From: an uncultured Chloroflexia bacterium
GTDB taxonomy: Bacteria > Chloroflexota > Anaerolineae > CG2-30-64-16
Direction of reading: 5' to 3'
Assembly: GCA_963774265.1 (NCBI GenBank)
Contig: CAVZDU010000008.1
Span: 224,001-288,000 of the forward strand
Length of the DNA stretch: 64,000 bases
Made by a program: the position numbers and the translations under genes. The notes beneath the pieces were generated by a model. It made no database searches. It was given only the letters and a program-made list of their open reading frames with translations, and was not told the origin of the DNA. Positions 9,953 through 20,306 of this stretch are shown here, in pieces; positions within the stretch are counted from its first letter, which is position 1, and each line of letters opens with the position of its first letter.

Positions 9953-10933
9953 ATGTCTCTACGCCAAGTCTTCGAGCAAAACCCTAACCGCCGCTACATC
10001 ATGTTCGGCGGGAAAGGCGGCCTGGGTAAGACCACCTTCAGCGCGGCAACTGCGTACTGGCTCGCCAAGCAAGGCTACAAAGTACTGGTCTTCTCAGTCG
10101 ATCCGCAGGCCAGCCTCTCAGACATCTTCAAGAAAGATATTTTTGGCAAAGGCCCCGTCGAGATCATGCCGAACCTGTATGCGCAGGAGATCGACGCTGA
10201 CCAACGCATCCGGGAGTACCAGGGGGAGATCCGCAAAAAGATTCTCGACATGTACGGGCTGGACGAGGTTCCCGAAGAGATCGAGAACTATATCCAGGCC
10301 GCGGCCGCCGAGCCCGCGATGGAAGAAAGCGCCATCTTCGACGAAGTCGTTGACATCGTCGTCAGCGGCAGCTACGACTACTACATCTACGATTTGGTGC
10401 CGCTGGGCCATGCCCTGTACTACCTCAGCATGGCATCGGTCTACGACCAATGGATCGACAAGATCACGGGGTTGCGCACCGAGATGGAGGAGTACTCCAA
10501 GGTTGCTTCGGTGATGCAGCGCAACAAGGAGACGGAGGAGGACGCGATCCTCCGCGAGCTGCAATACATCAAACACCGCATCAACACCTCGTCGGGCATC
10601 CTGACCGACAAGCAGAAGACGGCCTTCTTCTTTGTGATCACCCCTGAGGAGATGATCATTCTCGACACGCAGAAGGCGGCCGGCCTGTTCGCCAAGTTTG
10701 ATGTGCCTCTCGCGGGCTATATCGTCAATCGCGTGGTCCCGGTAGAATTGGCGCAGCAGGAGATCCCCGAGTACTTGCGCAACCGTTTGGAGATGCAACA
10801 CCACTACCTGGATAAGATTGACGAAGTGTTCGGCAAGGATGTGCTGACCCGAGTGCCGGAGTTCGAACGCGACATCACCGGCCTGCCGATGATCGAACGC
10901 GTGGCTACGGCCCTGTTCGGCGAGAGCGTATGA
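9953..10933 (+). CDS. ArsA/Get3-family ATPase 1 (single domain)
   Basis: FGGKGGLGKTT deviant Walker A; SVDPQASL; switch II is DLVPLGHA. Confidence 0.9.
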   Translation: MSLRQVFEQNPNRRYIMFGGKGGLGKTTFSAATAYWLAKQGYKVLVFSVDPQASLSDIFKKDIFGKGPVEIMPNLYAQEIDADQRIREYQGEIRKKILDMYGLDEVPEEIENYIQAAAAEPAMEESAIFDEVVDIVVSGSYDYYIYDLVPLGHALYYLSMASVYDQWIDKITGLRTEMEEYSKVASVMQRNKETEEDAILRELQYIKHRINTSSGILTDKQKTAFFFVITPEEMIILDTQKAAGLFAKFDVPLAGYIVNRVVPVELAQQEIPEYLRNRLEMQHHYLDKIDEVFGKDVLTRVPEFERDITGLPMIERVATALFGESV

Positions 10934-10944
10934 GGAGGTGAGCC

Positions 10945-11922
10945 ATGATTGAACAAACGATGCGCCAATATCTGACTGCCAATCCTCGCCTCAAGTACGT
11001 CTTCTTCGGTGGCAAGGGCGGTGTGGGTAAGACGGTGCTCGCCGGTACGGCGGCCCTGTGGATGGCCGGCCAGGGTAAGAAGACGCTGCTGGCTTCGACC
11101 AATCCTGTGCATTCTTTATCCAGCATGTTGGATCAGAACGTCTTCGGTAAGGAGACGCCGGTCACGGGCGTGCCCAACCTGTCGGCGCTCGAGATCGACA
11201 CCAAGGACACCATCGAGAAGTCCAAAAAGGAGATCCGCGAGAAAATCGAGTGGTTTCTGAAGTATGCCGATGTCAAAACGAAAGCGGACGAATTCGTGGA
11301 GTCGGCCACCATGAATCCGGCCTTCGAGGAGTCGGCCATGTTCGAGAACATGATCGATCTCATGTTCGACGACAGGTACGAAGCCTATGTCTTCGATACC
11401 GCGCCTACGGCTAACGCTCGCCGGTTGTTGGGCATGTCCAGCGTTTACTCGATGTGGGTCAACAAGATGGTACAGAGCCGCGAGGAGGCCACATCGCTGC
11501 GCGACCTGCTCTCCTACAGCAAACGCAAGAAGCAGAAGGACCCGCTGATGGACTACCTGCTAAACCTGCGCGAGCGGATGGGAAAGGCCAAGACGCTGCT
11601 GACGGATGCCAGTTTGACCTCCTTCTTCTTCGTCGCGCTGCCGGAAGCGTTGCCAATTGCGGTGATCACGCGCTTCATTAAGTGGTTCCAGGAGTTCGGC
11701 ATCCCGGTCGGTGGGGTGATCGTGAACATGCTCATCGACAAGGACAGCGTAGGGCCGGACGCGCCGGAGTTCGTCAAGAACCGCGTCGCGATGCAGGCCG
11801 AGCATATGGACACCGTCTGGCAGGAGTTCGACGGCCAGGTGCGGGCGTTATTGCCATTGTATGAGACCGAGGTGCGGGGCACGGCTATGCTGAAACGCAT
11901 GGCCGACGAACTCTTCGCGTAA
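10945..11922 (+). CDS. ArsA/Get3-family ATPase 2 (single domain)
   Basis: FGGKGGVGKTV; STNPVHSL; DTAPTANA. Confidence 0.9.
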   Translation: MIEQTMRQYLTANPRLKYVFFGGKGGVGKTVLAGTAALWMAGQGKKTLLASTNPVHSLSSMLDQNVFGKETPVTGVPNLSALEIDTKDTIEKSKKEIREKIEWFLKYADVKTKADEFVESATMNPAFEESAMFENMIDLMFDDRYEAYVFDTAPTANARRLLGMSSVYSMWVNKMVQSREEATSLRDLLSYSKRKKQKDPLMDYLLNLRERMGKAKTLLTDASLTSFFFVALPEALPIAVITRFIKWFQEFGIPVGGVIVNMLIDKDSVGPDAPEFVKNRVAMQAEHMDTVWQEFDGQVRALLPLYETEVRGTAMLKRMADELFA

Positions 11923-11942
11923 CGCTCCAGACAAGTGCATAG

Positions 11943-11979
11943 GTCGGCTGGCGCAAACCCGCAGCCTGCGCCAGCCGAC
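11943..11979 (+). terminator. GC-rich hairpin closing the cstA operon
   Basis: 13-bp perfect inverted repeat gtcggctggcgca / tgcgccagccgac, 20 nt after the stop; no U-tract. Confidence 0.5.
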
Positions 11980-12123
11980 AGCTGTCAGGCGAACGCCGCG
12001 CAGCAAGGCGAAGGTGTTGCCGATTTTTCGGGTCGGCGCTACGATAACCTCGCAAAAGGGTGCGCGATCTCTCATTGCCATTGGAGCGCATGCCGTTCCC
12101 CATCGCCGCCAGGAGATCTTGCC

Positions 12124-13711
12124 GTGCTCGCCAAAGTCCACAGTTGCGCATTGATAGGTTTGGATGGCGCCGTCGTCGAGGTGGAGGCCGACCTCAACAC
12201 GCGTGCCCTGCCCTCGGTCATGTTGGTAGGCCTGCCTGATACCGCGGTCAAAGAATCCACCGAACGCGTGCGGGCAGCCATCATCAACTCCGGCCTCAGC
12301 TATCCACGCGGCCGCGTCACGGTCAACCTGGCGCCGGCCGACCTGCGCAAGGAAGGACCGGCGTACGACCTGCCCATCGCGGTGGCGCTGCTCGTCTTGG
12401 CCGAGCAGATCCCGTCCGACCTGGATGGCGTGCTCTTCCTGGGCGAATTATCGCTCGACGGCTCGTTGCGCCACGTCAACGGGCTCCTGCCGATGGCGCA
12501 CCTCGCCAAGGAATTGGGGTACGAGTCGCTATTCGTACCGCAGGTCGATGCACCCGAAGCGGCGCTTGTGCAGGGAATCGACGTGTATCCCGTGGATACG
12601 CTGGGCAGGCTTGCCGCGCATTTTCGTGACTATCACCCCATCGAGCCGTATCGCACGACCTTCAATCTCGACGCTTCACCCCCGCCCTATGCCTGTGACT
12701 TTCAGGACGTGAAGGGTCAGGAACACGTCAAAAGGGCGCTGGAGGTGGCAGCAGCTGGAGGTCACAACGTCTTAATGTCCGGCCCGCCTGGGGCAGGCAA
12801 GACGCTGCTCGCTCGCTCGCTGCCTTCGATCCTACCGCGTTTGACCTTGGGCGAAGCACTGGATGTAACCCGCATCTATTCGGTTGCGGACATGCTGCGC
12901 AGCAGCGTGTCAGAAGACGCGCCGCTGATCCGGCATCGGCCGTTCCGCGCGCCCCATCACACGATCTCTCACGCCGGTCTGGTCGGCGGCGGGCAGTGGC
13001 CGAGGCCAGGCGAGATCAGCCTGGCGCATCGGGGCGTCCTGTTCCTGGACGAAATGCCCGAATTCAGCCTGCATACGCTGGAAGTTCTGCGACAGCCCCT
13101 CGAGGACAAAATTGTTACGATCAGCCGGGCGCAGGGAAGTCTGACCTTCCCGGCCAACTTCATGTTGATCGGAGCTCAAAATCCGTGCCCGTGTGGCTAT
13201 TTCGGCGATCCAGAACATGCGTGCAGTTGCAGCCCTGGATTGGTGAGCAAGTACCAGAAGCGCCTGTCAGGCCCGCTCCTCGATCGCATTGACATCCACG
13301 TCGAAGTCCCGCGCGTCCCGTTCCAGAAGCTGTCGGACGAGCCGGCGCGGTGAATCGTCGGCGGCCATTCGCGCGCGCGTCGAGGCAGCCCGAGCGCGAC
13401 AGACGACTCGCTTCACGCAGGGCGCCGGGGACCCCAAGGCAAAGCCCGGTACGCGAACCAGCCCCCGGCCGGCGACCAGCCTGACATGCAACGCCGACAT
13501 GGGACCCACGCAGGTGCGCGACTTCTGCCAGGTGGACGAGACGGGACGCCAGTTGCTGGCCGCAGCGACACGGCAGATGAACCTGAGTGCGCGGGCATTT
13601 CACCGCATCCTGAAGCTGGCGCGGACGATTGCGGATCTGGCAGGGGCCGAACGTATCCAGCCCGCGCATATTGCTGAGGCGATCCAGTATCGGCCGAGGC
13701 GACAAGAGTAA
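12124..13711 (+). CDS. comM: YifB/ComM Mg-chelatase-like AAA+ ATPase; frameshift near 13345
   Basis: [30 protein letters not shown] and RPFRAPHHT; the C-terminus [19 protein letters not shown] is in another frame. Confidence 0.9.
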
Positions 13712-13736
13712 GTCGCAAAGATACTCCACGTCTATA

Positions 13737-14714
13737 CTATTCAGCCGTTACTTTCGTCAGCATTTCGTACCTGCGGTAAGTTCGGAAGCCGAACTTGCTG
13801 TAGAAATCGAGCAGATGAGTCCAGTCGATCACACAGCCTGCAATCCCGGCGTCGCGCAGCTCCCGCAGTCCCGCATCCAACACAGCCGCGCCGTAACCGC
13901 CCCCGCGCAACGCAGAGCTGATGCCGATCGGGCCAAGATGCCCCCACGGATGCGGCAGGCTCGCCATGAAGACGCGGTCAAGGGAGCGCAGCGAATCTTC
14001 ATAGGTCAGCCAGCAAAAGCCATCGATACCTGTCGAAGTGAGCAGCACCATGAAGTCGGAAATGCGGCCACCGCCGGTCAGGAATTCGCGCGCCTCGTAA
14101 AGCCAGCGCCCGCTGAACTCACGCCCGAAAAATGCCAGCAGCGCTCCTTCGTCACCCGGCTGCGCTGGCCGCACCTGGGCGGACAGGGTCGCGCGCACAA
14201 ATGGCGGCGCCTGGTACACGCGTAAGTCTTGCGCGACGTCCCAAACTACCGGGCCATGGGCTCGAGGAGCATAACCTCTTCGTTGAAAGAAATCCTCCGA
14301 AGCAAGGCCAGAGGGCAGGCCGGGAGCGAATGGCCGTAGGCTACCGCCCAACCTGAAACGAGTGCAGCCGTGTTCGGTCAACCACCCCTCGGCCCAGTCG
14401 AGCAGCCCGGCGCCGATCCCCTGGCCTTGATGCGCAGGCGCCACCGCAATTGCGTCGACCCAGCCCGCCTCAGGCGCTGAAACACCGGGGTCACCCGCTG
14501 AAAACTCGGTCGTCAGCACGAACCCGACCGGATGGCCGTCAACGAACGCGATCCGTCCCGCCTGTTGCGCGCCGGTCGAGGGCCGGGTGTTGTAACGGAC
14601 GCCGGCCAGCGTGATTGCGAGATCAGGCCCGCATGCCGCATTCCACAGGTTTGCCGCAGCCGCCAAGTGATCGGGGTCGCCACCATCAAACGCATCGAAA
14701 CGAACGAACGTCAC
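13737..14714 (-). CDS. Tandem GNAT N-acetyltransferase
   Basis: Two acetyl-CoA motifs (AHQGQGIGAGLL and LRGGGYG) and C-terminal IDWT..LDFYSKFGF; likely GTG start at 14714. Confidence 0.85.
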   Translation of the reverse strand: MTFVRFDAFDGGDPDHLAAAANLWNAACGPDLAITLAGVRYNTRPSTGAQQAGRIAFVDGHPVGFVLTTEFSAGDPGVSAPEAGWVDAIAVAPAHQGQGIGAGLLDWAEGWLTEHGCTRFRLGGSLRPFAPGLPSGLASEDFFQRRGYAPRAHGPVVWDVAQDLRVYQAPPFVRATLSAQVRPAQPGDEGALLAFFGREFSGRWLYEAREFLTGGGRISDFMVLLTSTGIDGFCWLTYEDSLRSLDRVFMASLPHPWGHLGPIGISSALRGGGYGAAVLDAGLRELRDAGIAGCVIDWTHLLDFYSKFGFRTYRRYEMLTKVTAE

Positions 14715-14775
14715 AGCACCCCCTGAACGAGAGGCGCCCCTACGGGGACACGACTTACGCCCAGCTCTCCGTTTC

Positions 14776-16428
14776 TTATGACAACTCCACCGGCAAACGG
14801 CCTCCCGACTCTGCGCTGCCCAGCAGCACCGAAACCAGCGCTTCCAGCAACGGCGGATTCGAGCCATAGGTCGCGATGCAGGTGCCGGCGCCATCCAAAG
14901 CCACACAATCATAGGGGGCGGCTACGGTGACGACAACAAGCGGCACGTGTGCATCGACAAGCGCCTGCACCAGGTCCGCCTGGGTCGGATGGCTGGCGAC
15001 ATTGGCAACAGTCAGAATCACGGTCTTGCCGCGCGCCTGATGAAACACTTCCCTGATGTCATCCTCAGTAACGTCTTCAGGGAGGATCAGGCCATCTGCG
15101 CCGAGCGCACTCATAATGTGGTCCGCGACAATGGGCCTGAGCGCGCCGGAAGCAAAGTCCCCGCGGCTGGCCAGTTCGACAACGAGCACAGAACCATCAC
15201 CCTCTCTGCCCGCAAGTGGGAGAAAATGTTCCCGATCCCGCAATACTGTGATTGCCTGCTCTGCCACCCGCTGTGATAAGCTGCGCGTCTCGAAGCTTCC
15301 CACACTGGATACGTTTTGCTTGGCAGTCCATCGAGCGCCTGCCAATCCATCCAATAACCCGTATCCACCCTTGACCGTGAGGATGCGACGAACCGCAGCG
15401 TCGAGACGCGCCATGGAGATCTGCTCCCGCTCGACAGCCTGCACCAAGGCCGCGTGCACCTGCCGGTGAACAGTGAATCCATGGCTGATGCAAAGCATGT
15501 CCGCCCCCGCTGCCAGCGACGCAACAGCGGCAGCAGGCACCGGGAAGCCACTTCGCGCAAGTGCACCCATTTCCAGCGAGTCGGTGAGGAGCAAGCCATC
15601 GTATCCCAGCTCGTCGCGCAGCAGCCCGGTCATCACCCTCGAAGAGAGGGTGGCCGGGAGCCCGGCGGTCTGATCGACCGATGGAAACGTAACATGGGCG
15701 GACATGATCCCCGCAACGTCGGCATCGATGGCTGCCCGGAAGGGCACGAATTCGACGGCCTCCAGCCGGCTCCGGTCATGCGCAACGGTCGGCAGAGTGA
15801 CATGGGAATCGATCCCTGTGTCGCCGTGACCCGGGAAGTGCTTGCCCACGGCCATCACTCCTGCGCCCTGCAGCCCCTCGATAAACGCCACACCGAACGC
15901 AGCCACCCGTTGGGGATCGGAGCCAAAGGAGCGCGTACCGATAACCGGGTTGCGAGGATTGCTATTCACATCCAGGACCGGGGCGAGGTCCATGTTGATG
16001 CCCACAGCCAGCAGCTCGCGCCCCAGCGCCGCGGCCACCAGCCGGGCGTTCTCGGGAACGCCGGTTGCACCAAGCGCCATGGGACTTGGAAATTCGGTAT
16101 AGCCGCGCGCCTGTCGCAAACGGGTCACCCGGCCGCCCTCCTGGTCGATGGAGATAATGAGGGGCGGATTGCCACCCTGAATAACTGTCGCCTGCGCTGC
16201 GGCAGTGAGTTCAGCCAGCTCTTCGGGCGCGGCCACATTACGCTCGAACAGAACCAACCCACCTACATGCAGGTCAGCAAGCATATCGGCCACTCGCGAA
16301 GTCATGGCCGTATATCGGGCGCCCGTTTCGGTCGGATCCAATCCGATCAGCATGATCTGACCGATCTTCTGTTCCAGGCTCATGCGTGCAAGCATCCGTT
16401 CGACGACCTGCCCTGTAAAGTGAACCAC
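14776..16428 (-). CDS. nagZ: Beta-N-acetylhexosaminidase (GH3)
   Basis: IDQEGGRV, APVLDV, KHFPGHGDTGIDSH and TDSLEM motifs. Confidence 0.92.
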   Translation of the reverse strand: MVHFTGQVVERMLARMSLEQKIGQIMLIGLDPTETGARYTAMTSRVADMLADLHVGGLVLFERNVAAPEELAELTAAAQATVIQGGNPPLIISIDQEGGRVTRLRQARGYTEFPSPMALGATGVPENARLVAAALGRELLAVGINMDLAPVLDVNSNPRNPVIGTRSFGSDPQRVAAFGVAFIEGLQGAGVMAVGKHFPGHGDTGIDSHVTLPTVAHDRSRLEAVEFVPFRAAIDADVAGIMSAHVTFPSVDQTAGLPATLSSRVMTGLLRDELGYDGLLLTDSLEMGALARSGFPVPAAAVASLAAGADMLCISHGFTVHRQVHAALVQAVEREQISMARLDAAVRRILTVKGGYGLLDGLAGARWTAKQNVSSVGSFETRSLSQRVAEQAITVLRDREHFLPLAGREGDGSVLVVELASRGDFASGALRPIVADHIMSALGADGLILPEDVTEDDIREVFHQARGKTVILTVANVASHPTQADLVQALVDAHVPLVVVTVAAPYDCVALDGAGTCIATYGSNPPLLEALVSVLLGSAESGGRLPVELS

Positions 16429-16575
16429 GTTTGCCTCCCCTGGTTCTCATTGCTGAGGCCATTGTCGGACGGGTTGAACGCTTTGTCAAAGCCGGGGTAG
16501 AATGATGGCGCCCGCCGTGCGGCATCGAGTGCGCATGGGCTGCTTGTTCATCATCAGTGTGAAGAGGGGCCAATC

Positions 16576-17778
16576 ATGTCAAACGAAAAGCTGGCGGAAC
16601 GCGCCGCGGATCATCTGGACTTTCTCTGTGTCCATTTGCCGACACGGGCTGTGGGGTCACAGGGAAACCGAGATGCGACCAGGTACTTTGCCGATGTGTG
16701 TCGTGCAGCCGGCTGGGAAGTCGAAACACCCGTGTTTCAATGTATGGCATGGGACGAATCTGGTGCGGACCTGCACGCTGGGGGTGCCGCGTTCGAGGTG
16801 CTTGTCAGCCCCTACAGCCTGTCCGCCCAGGTCAGACGCGCCGTTGGTTGTGCTGACTTCCGTCGAAGACCTGGAAGTCATCGACCTGACTGGCAAGATC
16901 GTGCTGCTCCGCGGAGAATTGACCAGGGAGCAGTTGGCGCCGAAGAACTTCCCTTGGTGGAACCCGCAAGAGCACCAGCGCATCATCGCCGCGTTGGAAA
17001 AGGCGGCGCCGCTGGCCATCCTTGCTGCCACCACCCGCAATCCTGAGACGGCCGGCGCAGTGTATCCCTTCCCCTTGATCGAAGATGGTGACTTCGACAT
17101 TCCCTCGGCTTACATGACCGCGGAGGAGGGCCAGAAGCTGGCCGTGTACGCAGGAAGGAAGATTGACCTGGAGATCCGCGCCAATCGCGCGTTGTCTGAA
17201 GGGTGTAACGTAGTGGCGCGCAAGGGGGCGCGGGGCTTGCTGGCAATGCACGAACCGTTGTCACTGCGCACATTGACGCGAAACGGGGCACGCCAGGCGC
17301 GCTGGATGACGGCACTGGAATCGTAGTATTGCTCTTACTGGCCGAACTGCTCCGCGACTACGACGGCGAAAAGGCCATTGAGTTGGTCGCGTTCAATGGC
17401 GAAGACTACTATGCCGCGTCCGGCGAGCGGCTCTATGTGCAACAAAATGCCGACCTATCGACCATTGCCTTGGTCATCAATATCGATGGTGCGGCTTATC
17501 GTGAGGGCGACACGCACTTCTCGCTGTACGAATGTCCCGGCGATTTGGCTGGCCAGGTGCGGACCGTATTAACCAGACATGGCCTGGCTGAAGGTCCGCA
17601 GTGGTATCAGGGCGATCATTCCATCTTCGTGATGGGCGGCCGTCCGGCGGTGGCAATCACATCCGCCGCGCTGGGCGAGTTGATGACAGAGATCACGCAT
17701 ACAGCAAGGGATACGCCTGAGATCGTGGACACGGCAAAGATCGCGCAGATTGCGATAGCGCTGCACGATTTGGTGTGA
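16576..17778 (+). CDS. M28 family aminopeptidase with PA domain, split by frameshifts
   Basis: Pieces in three frames: RAVGSQGN; PA domain (GKIVLLRG...PLIEDGDFDIP); TAHID..GTPGALDDG; FNGEDYY; GDH. Confidence 0.8.
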
Positions 17779-17815
17779 GTACCATGCTGGATTGAGGTGG
17801 CGGGGTACCTCGGCC

Positions 17816-20306
17816 CTACTTCATTGTAAAGAAGCGTTCCAAAAGCCGTTGTTTCCATGCCCAACGCACACCGAGAAGCCACATGGCTGTGGCGCCAACA
17901 ATCAGCGCGCCAGCGAGCCAATCGAGCACAGCCAGTTCGAACATGGAGCGCAGCACCGGTGATGCCAGGACGGCGGCGAACCCAAGCCCCAGTACTGCTA
18001 CAAGCAAGGCCGGACGGCGGTCACCGCTCAAAACATCTCCGCCGGTCCACCAGTCCGTCGGAGGTTCCACAAACACCACCAACAAGAGCCCGACGAGAAC
18101 CAGGAAGGCCGCCAGCGAGGTCTGCCCCACAGCAACTGCCTCGCGGAACCCCAACGGATCCAGGATCAGCTCGGCCGGCCCGAGGCCTCGTACATGAAGA
18201 AAAAGGGTGGCATAGAACACACCCAGCCCCAGCAGGCTGCCGAGCAGCGCCGGGGGAATGACGAAATGAGCCAGACGTAAGCCGAGCGATACGTGGCGTT
18301 CCTGGCGGCCGGGCCTCGCCCACAGCGCCAGCAGGACCGTGGGAATACCCACTGTGAAGAGTGTCGTCAGTGAGCCGTGGCGCAGATTGATCGGGAATGC
18401 ACCGATCACCAGGCTGGACAGGATAATGAGCGACAGGGCCGCGATCCGCGTCAGGAACAGCTTGAGGATGTCCTGCATACCGTTGATGATGCGCTGGCCC
18501 TCAGCCACAGCCGGCGCCAGTGCTGCGAAAGAGTCATTGAGCAGCACGATATCGGCGACCGAACGCGTGGCCTGCGTGCCCGACTGCATCGCGATGCCCA
18601 GGTTCGCCTTCTTTAGCGAGAGCACGTCGTTCACTCCGTCCCCCATCATTGCGACGTAGTGCCCGCGCGCTCGCAACGCGTCAACCAACTGCTCTTTCTG
18701 CTTCGGTGAGATCCGACCGAAGATGCTGCCCGAGTGTGCGGCTTCGGTGAGGGCCGCCCCTTGCATCTCCGCCAGGTCTGTGCCCGACACAAGCCTGCCG
18801 GTCACAAGGAACCCCGCCTGTCGCGCCAGGGCGGCAACCGTATCCGGATGATCGCCGGATATGATCTTCGGCGTCACGCCGTTGGCGACAAAGCTATCCA
18901 GGGTAGATCGGGCGTCGGGGCGGAGTTCGTCGGAAAGGGCTAGCACTGCTGCAGGAACCATCGGGATGGGGAGTGTCGACTCATCGCCCTGATCCTTGAG
19001 AAGCCTCGGCTCCGGGTGGTAGCACATTAGAAGCACCCGCAACCCCTGACTCGTCCATCGATCTATTGTAAGGGTCAGTGCGTCCCACGAGTTGCCAAGG
19101 TAGGGCCTCAGCATCTCGGGCGCCCCCAAGGCATAAATGCCTCGCCGGGGCTCAATGGCTTCTGCCGAATGCTCGAATGAGTTGTCTTCATCAAACGCGA
19201 CAGCGCTCCACTTGCGTGCGGATGAGAAAGGTGTTTCAGCAGCCAGATTAGTCTTCTGCCCAGGGAACGCACGGGCGAGCGCCTCGGCGGTCTTGTTGCT
19301 CGCGGTCGATGATGCCAGCATCGCTCCCAAGGCAACGCGCACTTGCGCCTCGCCCGGCCCCTCGTCGGGGTATACCAGTATCCTCGAATTTAAGCCGGTT
19401 CGTCGTTAGCGTGCCCGTTTTATCCAGGCACAATACATCCACGTTGCTCAGTGACTCTATCGCGTTCGCCTGCTGCACCAGCGCGCCCTGCCGGGCGATG
19501 CGCACCGCACCCAGTGCATAGGCCACTGCAATCGCGACGAACAGGCCGTTGGGCACCAACCCAACGACGACCGTTGCCTGCTGCACACCTTCCGGTAAAG
19601 AGATCGCCTTGAGGATGCCGTTAGAGGCAATAAGGATTTCCAGATAGATCACGATCAACAGGAGCACGCGGATCGTAAGGTTAATCTCCTGCTGCAAGGG
19701 AGTCAGCACGCGACGGTATGCTCGCGCACCCGCCGACAGCTTCCCGGCCACGCTCTCCTGCCCCACCCGGGTTACCGTGAAATAACCACTGCCGTTGACG
19801 ACGAAGGAACCTGAGCGCACTTCGTCGCCTGGCGTCTTACGCACCAGGTCTGATTCACCCGTGAGCTGCGACTCGTCCACCTGGATGGTGCCGCTAATCA
19901 CGTCACCATCAACCAGCACCTGGTCGCCCGGACTCACCTTCACTGCATCGCCGATAACCAGCTCCTCGGGCAAAATCACTCGCTCGCCGCTTTGTCTCAG
20001 CACGGTTGACGTGGGCCGCGTGAGTAGCGATATCTGGTCGAGCATGCGCTTTGCGCGCACCTCTTGAATCACGCTGACCACGACATTGGTAAGGATAATG
20101 CCAACAGAGATGACCGCATCCAGGGGACGACCGACCAGGATCAGGCCGATGCCCAGCAAAAAGATTGCATTATTGATGAAGGTGAAGACGTTTTCGCGGA
20201 TGATCTGCCAGTAGGTTCGACCGGATGGTGGCGGCGGCGAATTGCCCTGGCCCGCGGCACGCCGGGCTTCAGCTTCGGCGTCAGTCAGGCAGGGCAAAGC
20301 GGTCAT
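17816..20306 (-). CDS. Cation-translocating P-type ATPase; frameshift near 19340-19380
   Basis: DESQLTGES, DKTGTLTT, SGD and MGDGVND motifs. Confidence 0.9.

Noticed and set aside
9953-11922. Arsenic resistance operon
   Set aside because: The ATPases have no Cys residues and there is no arsR, arsB/acr3, arsC or arsD.
14725-14760. GTAGGGGCG REP-like motif between nagZ and the GNAT gene
   Set aside because: I saw only a single copy with no clear partner palindrome, and no RAYT transposase.
15454-16500. Long antisense or alternative-frame ORFs (e.g. 15454-16500, 41392-42429, 44750-45820, 46364-47245)
   Set aside because: They are shadows of well-supported genes in high-GC DNA, with Arg/Pro-rich composition and no motifs.
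12124-20306. Programmed frameshifting or true pseudogenes in comM, the M28 peptidase and the P-type ATPase
   Set aside because: Similar single-base shifts occur throughout the window, with intact motifs and no slippery sites seen; assembly indels are more parsimonious.
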